Assembly: GCA_049700215.1 (NCBI GenBank)
Contig: JBNAVT010000001.1
Location: 32,001-96,000, forward strand
Source of the DNA: Thermoproteota archaeon
GTDB lineage: Archaea; Thermoproteota; EX4484-205; JAAOZP01
DNA: 64,000 bases
Direction of reading: 5' to 3'
Numbering within the stretch: position 1 is the first letter of the stretch; each line of letters starts with the position of its first letter. The translations under genes and the position numbers were made by a program. The notes beneath the pieces are model-generated. The model was given only the letters and a program-made list of their open reading frames with translations, was not told the DNA's origin and did no database searches. This document shows positions 49,771 to 60,600 of the stretch, piece after piece.

Positions 49771-50026
49771 TTCTGAACGACCCCGTCTTCACCCTCCCCA
49801 TTCTAACCGATGGTCCCCTTGGGCTAACTCGTCCTCTAACTCTCCAGACGACCTTAGGATGAACATCCGGTTCCTCCTCATCCGGTTCCAATCCACGAAG
49901 ATACTCCTCGACAGCTTTCCTCACAAGGGTTGAAACCTTCAGATCGTTTCCTCTCGCAGCCTCCAGTAAAGCCTTAGCTAGTTTCTCGTCAAGCGATACA
50001 GTGATACGTTTTGTCATAAGATTCAT
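49739..50026 (-). CDS. Ribbon-helix-helix (CopG-like) protein
   Basis: KRITVSLDEKL...L...A.....VS.LVR.AVEEYL. Confidence 0.8.
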   Translation of the reverse strand: MNLMTKRITVSLDEKLAKALLEAARGNDLKVSTLVRKAVEEYLRGLEPDEEEPDVHPKVVWRVRGRVSPRGPSVRMGRVKTGSFRIVDIDKLQIS

Positions 50027-50193
50027 ACTTTTATGATATAATTTAAACTTTTAACCTCCCATTAACACAGGCTTCTGTAGTTCTTCTGGCTATGCTTACT
50101 ATAAGCAATAGCTTGTCTGCATACCTTGAGCTTAGGATTTGTTTCTAGAGAAGCTTAAATAGGGGGGTTGCAGGAGAAAGCTGGGCTTAAAGA

Positions 50194-50634
50194 TTGGCTA
50201 GGATGCATAGTCACAAGAAGGGTAAGTCGGGTTCGCGGAGAGTAGTGTATAGCGGGGCTCCGCCATGGTTATCATTGAAGCCCGAGGAGGTTGAGGAGCT
50301 TGTGGTCAAGCTGGCTTCAGAAGGATACGGGCCTTCTCAAATAGGGTTGATACTGAGAGACTCGTACGGTATCCCCTCCGTCAGGAACATAACGGGTAAG
50401 AAGATTGCGAGAATACTTCTTGAGAGGGGGGTCAGGTTCTCCAGGACGGAGGACCTGGATGGGCTTGTGGCTAAGGCTGAGAGGATGGTTACTCACTTAA
50501 CCAGGAACAGGTCTGACCGTTTCAACGTTCACAATCTTCAACTGGTGGAGTCTAAGATTAGGAGGCTTGCCCGTTACTATTCTAGGAGGAAAGTGCCTCT
50601 TCCCGACCTGAAGGTTCTTGAAGCCAAGATATGA
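50194..50634 (+). CDS. rps15: 30S ribosomal protein S15 (uS15)
   Basis: MARMHS.KKG.SGS, IGLILRD.YG, ESKIRRL.RYY. Confidence 0.96.
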   Translation: MARMHSHKKGKSGSRRVVYSGAPPWLSLKPEEVEELVVKLASEGYGPSQIGLILRDSYGIPSVRNITGKKIARILLERGVRFSRTEDLDGLVAKAERMVTHLTRNRSDRFNVHNLQLVESKIRRLARYYSRRKVPLPDLKVLEAKI

Positions 50635-52070
50635 GCAATGCGTCGGAGACTCAGACGAGGTTCATTTTTGAAGCGAGGGATTTCGCGAGCAGGCTGGGCT
50701 CCTTCAACTGGGATGATGCTCTAATAGTTTTTCACGCTGATGCGGATGGGACTGCTGCTGCGGCAATAGCCTGTCTCGCCTTGAGAAGCATGGGCGTCTC
50801 CTTCTCAGCCAGATCCGTGACGCAGATAGATAGGGCTTTTCTGGAGAGCATCGCATTCACCCAGCGGCCGGTGCTTTTCCTAGATATTGGCGCAGGATAC
50901 TTGAGTGAGATAACGAGTTTTCTAGAGCCTTCGAAGGTGGTGATACTCGACCATCATGAGGTTGAGGGTGATTCAAACAGCGTTCTAATGTTGAACCCTA
51001 ATGAGCATGGTTTAAACGGTGGCTCTGAAGTCTCGGGCTCAGGGGTTTCATACCTTGTTTTCAAAAACCTGGTTGAGGACTTCTCCAGGATGAATGAGCT
51101 CGCCATAGTCGGGGCGCTGGCTGACATGCAGGACGTGGGTGTCAACAGGTCGCTCGCAGGTTTAAACTCGACGATAGTGCTTGAAGGCGAGGAGATGAAC
51201 ATAGTTAGGGTTGAGGAGGACTTCGTGTTCTTCGGTAGGGAAACCCTGCCGATACATGTTTCAATCTCTTCTTCATCAAACTTTATAATACCTGGGCTGA
51301 GCGGAGACGAGAACGTTGCTCTAAACTTTTTGAGGAGCCTCGGCATAGAGGTTAAGACGGATGACAAGTGGAGGACTTTCAGCGACCTATCGCAGGCTGA
51401 GAGGTCCAGGCTTCTCACGGGGCTGATGCAGTATATTGCTGACCTAGGCTTCTCGCCGGAGAGTACTCAAAACCTGTTCGGCACGATTTACGTCTTCGAA
51501 AGAGAGCCGAGGGGCACTGTTTTAAGAGATGGGAGGGAGTTCTCGGCCCTGCTGAACTCTTGCGCTAGAATGGGGCACTCCGCCGTAGGCCTGGCGGTTG
51601 CAATGGGTGAAAGAGGCAGAATGTTTGAGGAGGCTCAACGCGTGAGCCGGGAGTACAGGACAACCATCTCCAAGTCTCTCTCGAACCTTCTAAGCGTGCC
51701 TGGGGCAAGGGTTGAGTCTGAAAGAATACTGCTTTACAACGGTGAGGGAATAATAGATCAAAGAGTATTAAGCCCGGTTGCCTCAATAATATTCTCCAGT
51801 CTACCCAAGGATCTTGGCAAGATCCTGGTCGTAACTGCTTCAGAGGATGATTCGTTAAAGGTTTCAATAAGGGTTCCTAGGAGCCTTGTTGAAAAGGGTG
51901 TTAGGGGGAGCCTGCTGGCTTCGAATGCTGCTAGAGAAGCCGGAGGACTAGGAGGAGGGCACGATGTTGCAGCAGGTGCAACCGTTCCCAGGAGGCGGTT
52001 CCACTCCTTTATGGAGGCCTTCGAAAAGAATGTCGCAGAGCAGTTCGGCAGAATGCTTCGCGGTTCTTGA
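50631..52070 (+). CDS. RecJ/Cdc45-like DHH-DHHA1 nuclease
   Basis: HADADG, LDHH, GGGHDVAAG. Confidence 0.9.
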   Translation: MSNASETQTRFIFEARDFASRLGSFNWDDALIVFHADADGTAAAAIACLALRSMGVSFSARSVTQIDRAFLESIAFTQRPVLFLDIGAGYLSEITSFLEPSKVVILDHHEVEGDSNSVLMLNPNEHGLNGGSEVSGSGVSYLVFKNLVEDFSRMNELAIVGALADMQDVGVNRSLAGLNSTIVLEGEEMNIVRVEEDFVFFGRETLPIHVSISSSSNFIIPGLSGDENVALNFLRSLGIEVKTDDKWRTFSDLSQAERSRLLTGLMQYIADLGFSPESTQNLFGTIYVFEREPRGTVLRDGREFSALLNSCARMGHSAVGLAVAMGERGRMFEEAQRVSREYRTTISKSLSNLLSVPGARVESERILLYNGEGIIDQRVLSPVASIIFSSLPKDLGKILVVTASEDDSLKVSIRVPRSLVEKGVRGSLLASNAAREAGGLGGGHDVAAGATVPRRRFHSFMEAFEKNVAEQFGRMLRGS

Positions 52071-52308
52071 AGCTGTTTTCAGAAGCGAGCTTGAAGCCAG
52101 GCTCGCATACTCAGCGTTGAAACCGGATGAGGCTTTGAAGGTTAAGGGGCTTAGGGCCTCGTCCAGTTTAAGAGGCCGGAGGATAATTCTTAAAGTGGCA
52201 TGTAGAAGAGGATTGATGTCCCTAGCCTACACGTTGCTTGAATACTTGAACCACCTTAAGATGATTCAGGAGGCTTCCTCAAGGCTTTCGGAGGCCAGGT
52301 ATCCATGA
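52030..52308 (+). CDS. pcc1: KEOPS subunit Pcc1
   Basis: A...Y.AL.PD motif, size and conserved position after the RecJ-like gene. Confidence 0.75.
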   Translation: MSQSSSAECFAVLEAVFRSELEARLAYSALKPDEALKVKGLRASSSLRGRRIILKVACRRGLMSLAYTLLEYLNHLKMIQEASSRLSEARYP

Positions 52309-53821
52309 TCACAGGCTTAAAGCTTGGCCACAGCCTCTTCACTTCAATAGGCCAGTCTTCAGCGTTGAAGCCGTGTCTAGCTAGGAAAGCGTAAACCCAT
52401 CTTTCAAGACCGTTTCCCGAGCAGCCGGTCCAGACCTCCCTCCCTCTCCTCTCCTTAATGTTGAACCAGTCGACATACTTGTCGTAGTGGACTGACGCGT
52501 TAGCTATTTCAAGCCACTCGCTTTCCCTGTCTCCCCTAAACGGGAGGTATGCTTCAATGTCGAAGGTTGCAGCCACGTTTCTCGAAACGTCCTCCACAAC
52601 ACCTGCGTGAGCCATCCAGACGGGGGTTACTTCTGCAGACCTGACCTCCATGTCAAGCGTCTTGTCAAGCAGGCTCAGATAGTTCTCCACAAGCCTATCC
52701 CTGATCTCGACAACCTCCTCAGGCCTGCCTAGATAGACTATTTCTATCCTTGTGAAAGCCGTAAGCCTCTCCAGGCTTCTCAAGCCGCCGGCCTCATGTC
52801 TGAAGCTGAACCCGGACCTGTCGTAGAGCCTGACAGGAGGATTGTCAAGGTTCACTATCTCCCCGGCGAAAAGCTCGTAGAAAGGCTCGCACTGCGCGTA
52901 TGGAAGGGTGAACGTGGGCTCCTTCAAAAACTTTTTCAAAACCTCGGGCCTAGGCTCGTTGAAAACCTTCACCAGGTCAGTGTAGTCCTCGAAGTAGGAC
53001 GGCTCCCTGGAGCCAGGCTCGCAGACGTAAAGCATTTCACTAGGTATCCCGGAGAGGTGGCCCTTCTTCCTTGCGACTTCAAGCGGTATAAGCTTAGGCA
53101 GAACAACCTCTTGAAAGCCCAGTGGCTTGGCAACCTTCTCAACTATCATTTCCTCAAGTATTCTTAGAAGGCTGGTGTAGGGTTGAAGGTAATACCATAT
53201 GCCGGTGTGGAATCTTTTAACCCAGCCCTCTTCCTCGAGCAGCGGCCCAGGGTCTCCTGCGTACTTAACAGGCTTCTCAGGGCTCCTCCAGACAACCCTG
53301 TGAATCTCTCTGGCGGCTGCACGGGCCCCCTGCTTCTCCAGAAAGAGGCTTATGATCCTGTCGGGAACCTGAGCATATAGGCTGGACTCGTCGACCTCAA
53401 GCCAGTATTTCAAACCATCCTCAACCTTCTCAACCTTTTTAGCGAACGGGAGCCTCGTCTCCCTCAAGCCTTCCCCTACGAATGTTACTTCGAAAGACTT
53501 GACGCTTATCCCCCTGACGCCAAGTCCCATTTCGGGCCCAAGCTCCTCGCTCAACACCCTCCTAGCCCTTTTAACAGCCTCGTGCGCCCTAACCCTTCTC
53601 CCAGACTCCACCGTGATGCTTAGCCTATCCCTAGTGACGGTCAGCTCAACTATCTTCGGCTCCTCGCCTTTCACCGCGCCCCGTGAGAACACTCCGGGGA
53701 GGTTTGAAACAGCATACTCCGCAACCTTTTCAACCTCGTCCCCGCGCAGCTCCCGGCTTAAGTAAAGGTCTGCTGAGACCCTCAGCCTTAAGTCTCTAAC
53801 CGCCGTCTGCTTCCCCTCCAA
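52256..53821 (-). CDS. serS: Seryl-tRNA synthetase, methanogen-type (type 2)
   Basis: SGRRVRAH N-domain, PKLIP, AQCEPFY, DRSG.S.R.E.GG, RIE, WTGCSG.GLERW. Confidence 0.9.
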   Translation of the reverse strand: MEGKQTAVRDLRLRVSADLYLSRELRGDEVEKVAEYAVSNLPGVFSRGAVKGEEPKIVELTVTRDRLSITVESGRRVRAHEAVKRARRVLSEELGPEMGLGVRGISVKSFEVTFVGEGLRETRLPFAKKVEKVEDGLKYWLEVDESSLYAQVPDRIISLFLEKQGARAAAREIHRVVWRSPEKPVKYAGDPGPLLEEEGWVKRFHTGIWYYLQPYTSLLRILEEMIVEKVAKPLGFQEVVLPKLIPLEVARKKGHLSGIPSEMLYVCEPGSREPSYFEDYTDLVKVFNEPRPEVLKKFLKEPTFTLPYAQCEPFYELFAGEIVNLDNPPVRLYDRSGFSFRHEAGGLRSLERLTAFTRIEIVYLGRPEEVVEIRDRLVENYLSLLDKTLDMEVRSAEVTPVWMAHAGVVEDVSRNVAATFDIEAYLPFRGDRESEWLEIANASVHYDKYVDWFNIKERRGREVWTGCSGNGLERWVYAFLARHGFNAEDWPIEVKRLWPSFKPVIMDTWPPKALRKPPESS

Positions 53822-53944
53822 CGTTGCGACAACAATTCCTGCTTGAAAACAGGCTTTTATAAGTTATGATGCTGGCAAAGGCTGGGATGCAAGGGCTTCT
53901 TAAAGAGCATAGTTTAAATACGCTGTCTGCAAACCTCTTCCAGA

Positions 53945-54547
53945 TTGGTGAAGCAGAAAAAGGCTAAAAAATGGTTTCCAGTAGTTGCCCCAGATTACCT
54001 CGGGGGAAAACTAGTCGGCAGTGTGCTGGCCTCGGAGCCAAGTGACCTTATAGGCCGGACTATAAGCGTTCTCTTAAGCGAGCTGACGGACGATCCTTCT
54101 CACACAACCGTTAAAATAAGGTTCAAAATAACGGGTGTGAAGGGGGAGACTGCCTTCACAGAACTGTGGGGCTACGAGCTTGACAGGGATTTTGTGAGGA
54201 GTCTTCTTAGAAAAGGCTCCTCGAGGGTTGACATTATTTTCAACGCTGCCACGAAGGACGGCTACCAGATGCGTGTTTCAGCAATCGCCGTGACCCGTTA
54301 CAGTGCTTCGCAATCCCAGAAGAAGAAGATGAGGAAGGCGATGATGAACATAGTGTTAGGAAAATGCGGCAAGCTGAATTACTCCCAGCTTGTTCAGGAG
54401 CTTGTCTTCGGGAAGATTGAGTCGGATCTCTATAATGAGACTAAGAAGTTTCACAGGATAAAGCTGGCAGGCATTAAGAAGCTGAAGGTCCTTCAGTCTC
54501 CTATTAGGCTCGAGGAGGTTAGGGCGAGCCTAGCCGAGGCTGCTTAA
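53945..54547 (+). CDS. rps3ae: 30S ribosomal protein S3Ae
   Basis: K.WF.V.AP, IGRT, TKDGY. Confidence 0.94.
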   Translation: MVKQKKAKKWFPVVAPDYLGGKLVGSVLASEPSDLIGRTISVLLSELTDDPSHTTVKIRFKITGVKGETAFTELWGYELDRDFVRSLLRKGSSRVDIIFNAATKDGYQMRVSAIAVTRYSASQSQKKKMRKAMMNIVLGKCGKLNYSQLVQELVFGKIESDLYNETKKFHRIKLAGIKKLKVLQSPIRLEEVRASLAEAA

Positions 54548-54548
54548 A

Positions 54549-54833
54549 ATGTCAACCAGCCTCAGCGAGGAGGAGCTGATGAAGATAGCTGTTGAAGGGT
54601 ACTCTGAGAGCCTTGAGCCCAAGACTCTTAGAGGGTATGTTCCAAACGTTTTCGACTATATTAGGAGGTGCGACAGTGTCGAGGAGGCTTTCCAGATAAT
54701 CGACTTCCTCGTCTCCCGGAACGAGCTTTCTGAGAATGTTGCCCGAGTCATAAAAAGGAGGATAATGGAGAAAGGGGTAAGGTTCTACGGTCCGAAGAAG
54801 CAGGTTGGCTACTATGTTGAAAAATACAGGTGA
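54549..54833 (+). CDS. DUF2095-like small archaeal protein
   Basis: GY.P.V.DYIRRC...EEA..IIDFL, G.R.YG.K...GYY. Confidence 0.7.
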   Translation: MSTSLSEEELMKIAVEGYSESLEPKTLRGYVPNVFDYIRRCDSVEEAFQIIDFLVSRNELSENVARVIKRRIMEKGVRFYGPKKQVGYYVEKYR

Positions 54834-54864
54834 GTTTTAAAATTTTTAGTCTGGGTCAACTCTT

Positions 54865-56067
54865 CTATCTGCCTACGGCCACGATGCTCACCACATCATC
54901 ATCCTTCAAAACGTATTCCTCGCCCAGCCTAATCTTGCGCCTAGCGTCAATAGCGTAGAGAAAATTGTTCATAAGGTCGCTGTGTATAAGCCCGGCGAAC
55001 TCTCTAACACTCATCCCCGTTGGAACAAGGTAAACGTCGGGCAGAACATTCCCCTTCTTGTCAGTAAGCTTGTTCGGATCCTCAACGGGGTAAACAGTTA
55101 TCATTTTAAGAACCCTGAAATACACGGTGTTCAACAGTTCCTGGACGCCGGTGGAGCCCCAGGGCTTCAAAACCTTCTCCCTAACCATTTCAAGAGCCTC
55201 CCTCTGCTTCTCCCTGAGAGCCTCCGGCTTGACAATCCTGAAGTCACTGTCCCCCGGGAAATATTCTACAAGCCCTGCTTCAGCAGCCCTCCTGAGGACG
55301 AGCTCAGCCTCAGCGCTAATCGGAATAGGATCATAGCCTGCCTCCCTCATCCGCCTAACCCCCTCTTCAGCACCCTTCCTGTCAACCTTGTTCGCCGCTA
55401 TAACCATCGGCTTAGCAATAATCCTAACCGTCCTAGCCAGCTCAATCATGTTCTCCCTGCTCCACTTCGAGAAATCGTCAGGCGGGTTAACTTTCTCAAC
55501 AGCCTTCTCAACATCACTCCTGCCTATCGCCAGCCCGCTTAAAACTTGGCTGAGAACATCCTCAACGCTCCTCCTGCTCGGCCTCGCCCTCGGAGCCTTC
55601 TGGAGGCCTCTTTCAATAATCCCTGCTAGCCAACGGTCATACTCGTCCTCCAGAAACCCTATGTCCTTCAGAGTGTTCTCAGGATCAGGCTCAGCCGGCC
55701 TGCCCTCAGCATCCAGGCTGCCCGAAGCGTCGACCACATGGATCAAAGCATCCGCCATGCTTATCTCAGAGAGAAACTGGTTGCCGAGACCCCTGCCCTC
55801 GTGCGCACCGGGAACAATACCCGGAAGGTCGACGAGCTCAACCGGGATAAACCTGAAGCCGTTGGCACACTTGGAGTTCACGGGATTATCAGTGACACCG
55901 AAGCTTCTGCAGACGCACTTCTTCCTCAAGTAGCCGACACCCTTGTTCGGAGTCAAAGTGGTGAAAGGATAATCAGCAATCTTAACAATGTTAAGTGTCA
56001 AGGCTGAGTATAAGGTCGACTTGCCAACACTGGGCTTACCAGTCAGGCCTACCAACCTCGTAACCAT
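54865..56067 (-). CDS. YchF/Obg-family GTPase with TGS domain
   Basis: GKPSVGKST, YPFTT, D.PG, GLGNQFL, ANKVD, IHSD. Confidence 0.92.
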   Translation of the reverse strand: MVTRLVGLTGKPSVGKSTLYSALTLNIVKIADYPFTTLTPNKGVGYLRKKCVCRSFGVTDNPVNSKCANGFRFIPVELVDLPGIVPGAHEGRGLGNQFLSEISMADALIHVVDASGSLDAEGRPAEPDPENTLKDIGFLEDEYDRWLAGIIERGLQKAPRARPSRRSVEDVLSQVLSGLAIGRSDVEKAVEKVNPPDDFSKWSRENMIELARTVRIIAKPMVIAANKVDRKGAEEGVRRMREAGYDPIPISAEAELVLRRAAEAGLVEYFPGDSDFRIVKPEALREKQREALEMVREKVLKPWGSTGVQELLNTVYFRVLKMITVYPVEDPNKLTDKKGNVLPDVYLVPTGMSVREFAGLIHSDLMNNFLYAIDARRKIRLGEEYVLKDDDVVSIVAVGR

Positions 56068-56360
56068 TGTAGGTGGCTTTGCGCCACTAGGATTTAAACA
56101 ATATTCTCGAGTATTCGATGCCTAATCCTGGTTTCATGCGCTTTATATGATGGCATGTTCCTTCTAACATGCACTCGAAATTCTTAGAAAACAGGAAGCT
56201 TTTTCTCCAGAACCGTTATGAATACCATGGATTGGTTGGGTGTCTTCAAATTTCTCTGGCTCCAGCTGTACGTCCTTCTCTCTTATTTTCCAGAGCCATA
56301 GGACTACTAAACCCGGCTGAGAATTTGACTATAAATTTCCTCCATGAAGGATTTCTGTAA

Positions 56361-56630
56361 CATGGGTGCTTAAAAAGTTCCTGTTTCACGCTTAACTGGA
56401 TGGGAATGTACTGTTATTCGAAAAACTTATTTAAAACCTTAACTCCTATATTTCCAGCCATGGTTAGACCCGTAGGGCTTGTTCTAACCCTAGCTTACTG
56501 TCAGCCCTCCTTCCGGGCTTTCTGAAGGCTTACGCCTCCCCATTCGAGCTTTCCCGTGACGATGGCAACGCTGAATACGGTTGGAGCGATTTCTATCCCT
56601 GTGCAGCGGCCGTCAGGTTTACTCCTCCGT
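56361..56630 (+). repeat. Dispersed repeat copy 2 (promoter plus 5' gene end), homologous to 4027-4295
   Basis: Same upstream blocks and coding start as copy 1. Confidence 0.9.
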
Positions 56631-57610
56631 CGGAAAGCTGGAGGATAACAGGGATAAGGATTCATGCAACATGCCTGCTAAGGGGCCCAGCCCCGGTCTT
56701 CTACGTTCAAATCTGGGACAGCGGGTTAAACACCAGATACTGGTCCGCTTTCCTCCTCGGCAAGGTCTTCAAGAACGCTACTCTAGACTGGTACACCATC
56801 CAGCTTCCAAACGTCGTCGTAACCGGAGCCTTCTACGTGGTCGTTGTTCCAATGTTCACCCTCGACGGCTCGCAGCTTTGGATAAGCGTCGACGACGATC
56901 CGCCTTTCTCGAACAACAGCTTCATAGTTGACGCCGGCGAGCACACTATACTTGCTTCTCTAAACTCTACAAGTAAAAGACCGGGGGACTTCATGATCAG
57001 AGTCTTGGGAGAACCTACTCCAACTCCTCCCGAGCTGAGGCTCGCGTCAATCGAGTTTAACCAAGATGAAACCATCCTTACTTTCAACTACCCTGATGAA
57101 GCAGCAGGCTTAGAAGCAAGGCTCGTCAAGCCGGATGGAAGCTATACTGAGGAGAACATCACCATGGTCGGCGGGAAACTGGTTGTTAGGGTTAGGGATG
57201 AGGGCCTACTGAACGTTAACCTAGTAACCTCTGCATACGAGACTATTGGGGTGAGCGTGAGGCTTGAAGCAGGCTTGAGAAGCCTCTACCAGTCTCTCTT
57301 AGCCAACTATACTGTTTTAAGCCGTGTTGCTAGCGATATGACTGTTCAAATAGGTTTATTGACTAGGGAGAACGAGGACCTTAGGCTCAGGCTGAACCAA
57401 AGCCAAGCGTTGAATAGGCTTCAGGAGGCGAGGATAGAGGAGCTTCTAGACAATGTTTCAACGCTCAGAGAAGGGTTGGAAAGCGTAAGGGCTGAGGCCT
57501 CGAGGCTTAGAGGCGAGAACACCCTCCTCAAAGCAGGACTGGTCTTTATGACAATGGTTTCATTCCTACTGGTTTTCCTCGAGGTGGGGAGAAGGTGGAG
57601 AAGAAGATAG
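56460..57610 (+). CDS. Secreted, membrane-anchored protein (beta domains, coiled coil, C-terminal TM), with 1-nt deletion near 56494
   Basis: ATG 56460 signal peptide; TAGCTTAC versus TAGCCTTAC in the paralog; the frame from 56495 is open into ORF 56837-57610; heptad region and TM followed by RRWRRR. Confidence 0.7.
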
Positions 57611-60600
57611 CTGGAATCCTTCTAATAATTCTCGTCCTCAGCCTCGAGCTCAACAGCACGCTGCTAATCAGGGTTTCTGCGCAGCCCGAGGAGCTCGCTA
57701 AGAAGCTTGAAGAGTACTTGGGGAAAGCCATACCCGAAGACCTCCTAGCTGAGGAGTGTGAGTACGTTGCTCCAGAGGGCTTCAACCTTACCTTAGCGGA
57801 AAGGCTGTGGAGGGATTTCAGCCTATACGTTAGCACAGGCTGCACAACCAGCGAGCTTAGAAGCGAAGTTAAGAAGATTTATGGGAATTCCTCGCTGATC
57901 GAAGCGACGCTCTCCAACGGTGAAACCATAGGGTTGAACGTTAGCGGCGTAAGTGTTGAGAGAAGCCTTGAAGACGGGAGCGTCAGCGTAAGGATACCTA
58001 TTGTTTCAAGCACGAGCCTCAACTATTCTCGGTATAACTTCACTAAGCAAGCAGGGTTCTACGAGGCCTGGAACAAGACTCTGGTCAGGGAATACAGGGT
58101 TTGGAGGCGCGAGCAAGGCTGGTACAAGTACACGATGAGGTTTCTGGAGACGAATAATACTGTGACCATCGTCTCGAAAATCTGGGGCAGGGAAGCCCTG
58201 CAAAACTTCAGCGGGATAGAGCGCGTCGAATGGACTCCGGAAACAGGGGAGATACCCATAGTCACGCACGTATACTATGGGGGCAGCATAATGGTAGCAA
58301 TACCGGGCCACTACGAGGACGTTAGAACCGTCGTCCCCGAGCAGAGAAAGAGCTTCAAAGTACTGTTCCCAGCCTACGACCCGGCCATAATAGAGGGCTG
58401 GGTTATAACCACAAGCATCTCATCGACGAGCCTGAGTGTCGGGGAAACTCTTGAGATAGCTTACTCTGCGGAGTATTCCGGCGGGGAGCCTGAGCCGCTT
58501 AACGCGACGCTAACTCTAAGTGCTCCAGAAGCATTCGAACCATTAAACAGCCTTGAGAGAAGGCTCGACGACACTCACACCTCAGGGTTCTTCAGACTCA
58601 AGGCTGTTAAGCCAGGCACCTACAACCTTACCCTCACGCTTATTGGAAACGCATCCTTCTCAGGCACGCTTGGAAACGAGTTAACCTACGAGGTTCAGGT
58701 AGTATCTCCGCCGGCACCATCGTTGAGCGTAACAATCCTCGGGGTGAACACATCGGTGTTGAAGCATGCTGGGCTCACCCTGAGTCTCGCCAACAACGGT
58801 GGGAGCGCAGCTAGGAATATTCGCGTCGAGATAACTGGGACAAGCTGGGAGGTTGTGGAGGTGGGCGCGATCCAGAATGTTAGTAGAAGCATGGGGGACA
58901 TCGAGGCTGGGGAAACAAGGGTTGAGGAATTCGTATTGAGGCTCCTCCGCTCCTCCGCAAGGATAACGGTGAAAACAACCTACTCCGACGACGAGGGCAA
59001 CCCCTACCTTGTTAAAACCTACACAACCATCTATCATCCAAGCTTCTGGGTCCCTGAGCACTTTGAAACCTACACAACAATCGTGCCTGAGCACGAGGAA
59101 ACAATGAGGGTCTTCATCCCAGGCTACGAGCATGCCACGCACGTGAGGCTCTACGCCCTCTGGGATCCCTACATCGTCGGAGCAGTCCTGCCATACATGT
59201 GCAGCGGATGGGTCTACGAAGCCAGGGAACCGGTCTGGGGGGTCGGTGTTCCAACGCACGTCCCAAGCCTTGGGCTAGACTCAATGCCAATCCCCGGCAT
59301 CGGTGTTGAGCTACCTTTTGAAGAGGGAGAGGAGGCTTTAACCGGGGCTGGCGTGAAAATCATGGTTACGAGCATAGAGCCGCACTACGAGTATCTTGGT
59401 GTTTTCAAGGAGGATGAGGTCCTCAGGCTTGTCAACGCATCCAAGGGTTTGCTTAAGAGTGGAAACATCTCCCCAGACTACAGGGTTGAGCCCCTGAAGC
59501 CCTACTGGGTCGAGGGCGAACCAATAGTGTTGAACGCGACGCAGCTGGCCCTTTATCAGGCGATGATGGACGGGTTGAAGAAGACTAACCCCGATATAGA
59601 CTATGAGTACAGGGAGGCCGTCGTGGACGTTAGAACCAGGGTTGGGGAGGCTGAGCCGGGCTACTTAATCCTAATCTACCACCCGTTGAAGGTTGTTGGA
59701 GAAGGGCCCCTTAAAAGCGTCAGGATGAGGAACTTTGCGAGAATAGGCTTCAACTACAGGGTTGACGTTGAAACATCTCTGTTAACAGTTTTCGGGAAAA
59801 CACGCGGCGAGAATAGTTGGAAGCACCTCTTCCTCGGTGGGAAGGAGGATGCTGTCCTGCTCTCCTCAACCCTGGATCAGGTTTACGACAGAGAGGTTGC
59901 TGTCAACATAACCCTCAACGGCAGGCTCGTCGCCAAAGCAAGGTTCATCCTTAAGCACGAGTCCTCGCCATACTGGAAGGGCTTCTGGGACGGCTTAGCA
60001 TCCCAAGCCTGGAAGATAGCTATAACCGTGGGGCTGATGGTTATCGTCGGCTTCATCGTCCCAGCTCAACACGTCAAGACTGCTTCCTACATCCTGCTCG
60101 CAGCAGGAGTTGTCATGAACCTCTGGGAGGTTGCGGCAGATATTCAGAACGCCTACGCAGCCAGGGATTTTATGAACAGCCTAGCGGCCGAGTGTGTGAA
60201 CAAGTCTAAGGAGTACATGAGTAAGAATATGCCTGAGCACGCTAGAGAGTATATCGAGCTCGCCCGCAGATACAGGGAGGCGGCTAACGAGACCATAGAC
60301 AACCTCGGGATAAACGCCCTTTCAAACCTCTTCATCGACGTCGGCTGGGACGAGGTGTGCGTAGCCTTAGAATGGAAGGAGCCGGTCGTGCTCCCGGGAG
60401 AGAACAGGGACTACAAGATTGGGTACGCGAGGGGAAGGGTTGCAGGCACAATAATCCACAGCCTAACCTACGTAGTGTTCTTCACGATAATGATAGGCAG
60501 GATAAAGGCTGAGAGGGTAATGGGGCAGCCCCTAAGCACAGGGCAGATCCTAAGGCTGATGGGAAGAGGGCTCTACAACTGGATAACCCCAGCAGTATGG

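Noticed and set aside
9545-56007. Numerous antisense and alternate-frame ORFs overlapping core genes
   Set aside because: Shadow ORFs of well-supported genes, with Ser/Leu/Pro-rich non-protein-like composition
56100-56360. ORF 56169-56360 and a possible minus-strand gene remnant
   Set aside because: Short, broken and unassignable
56581-56931. ORF 56581-56931 (+)
   Set aside because: Wrong frame; the frame homologous to the 4126 protein is the one leading into 56837
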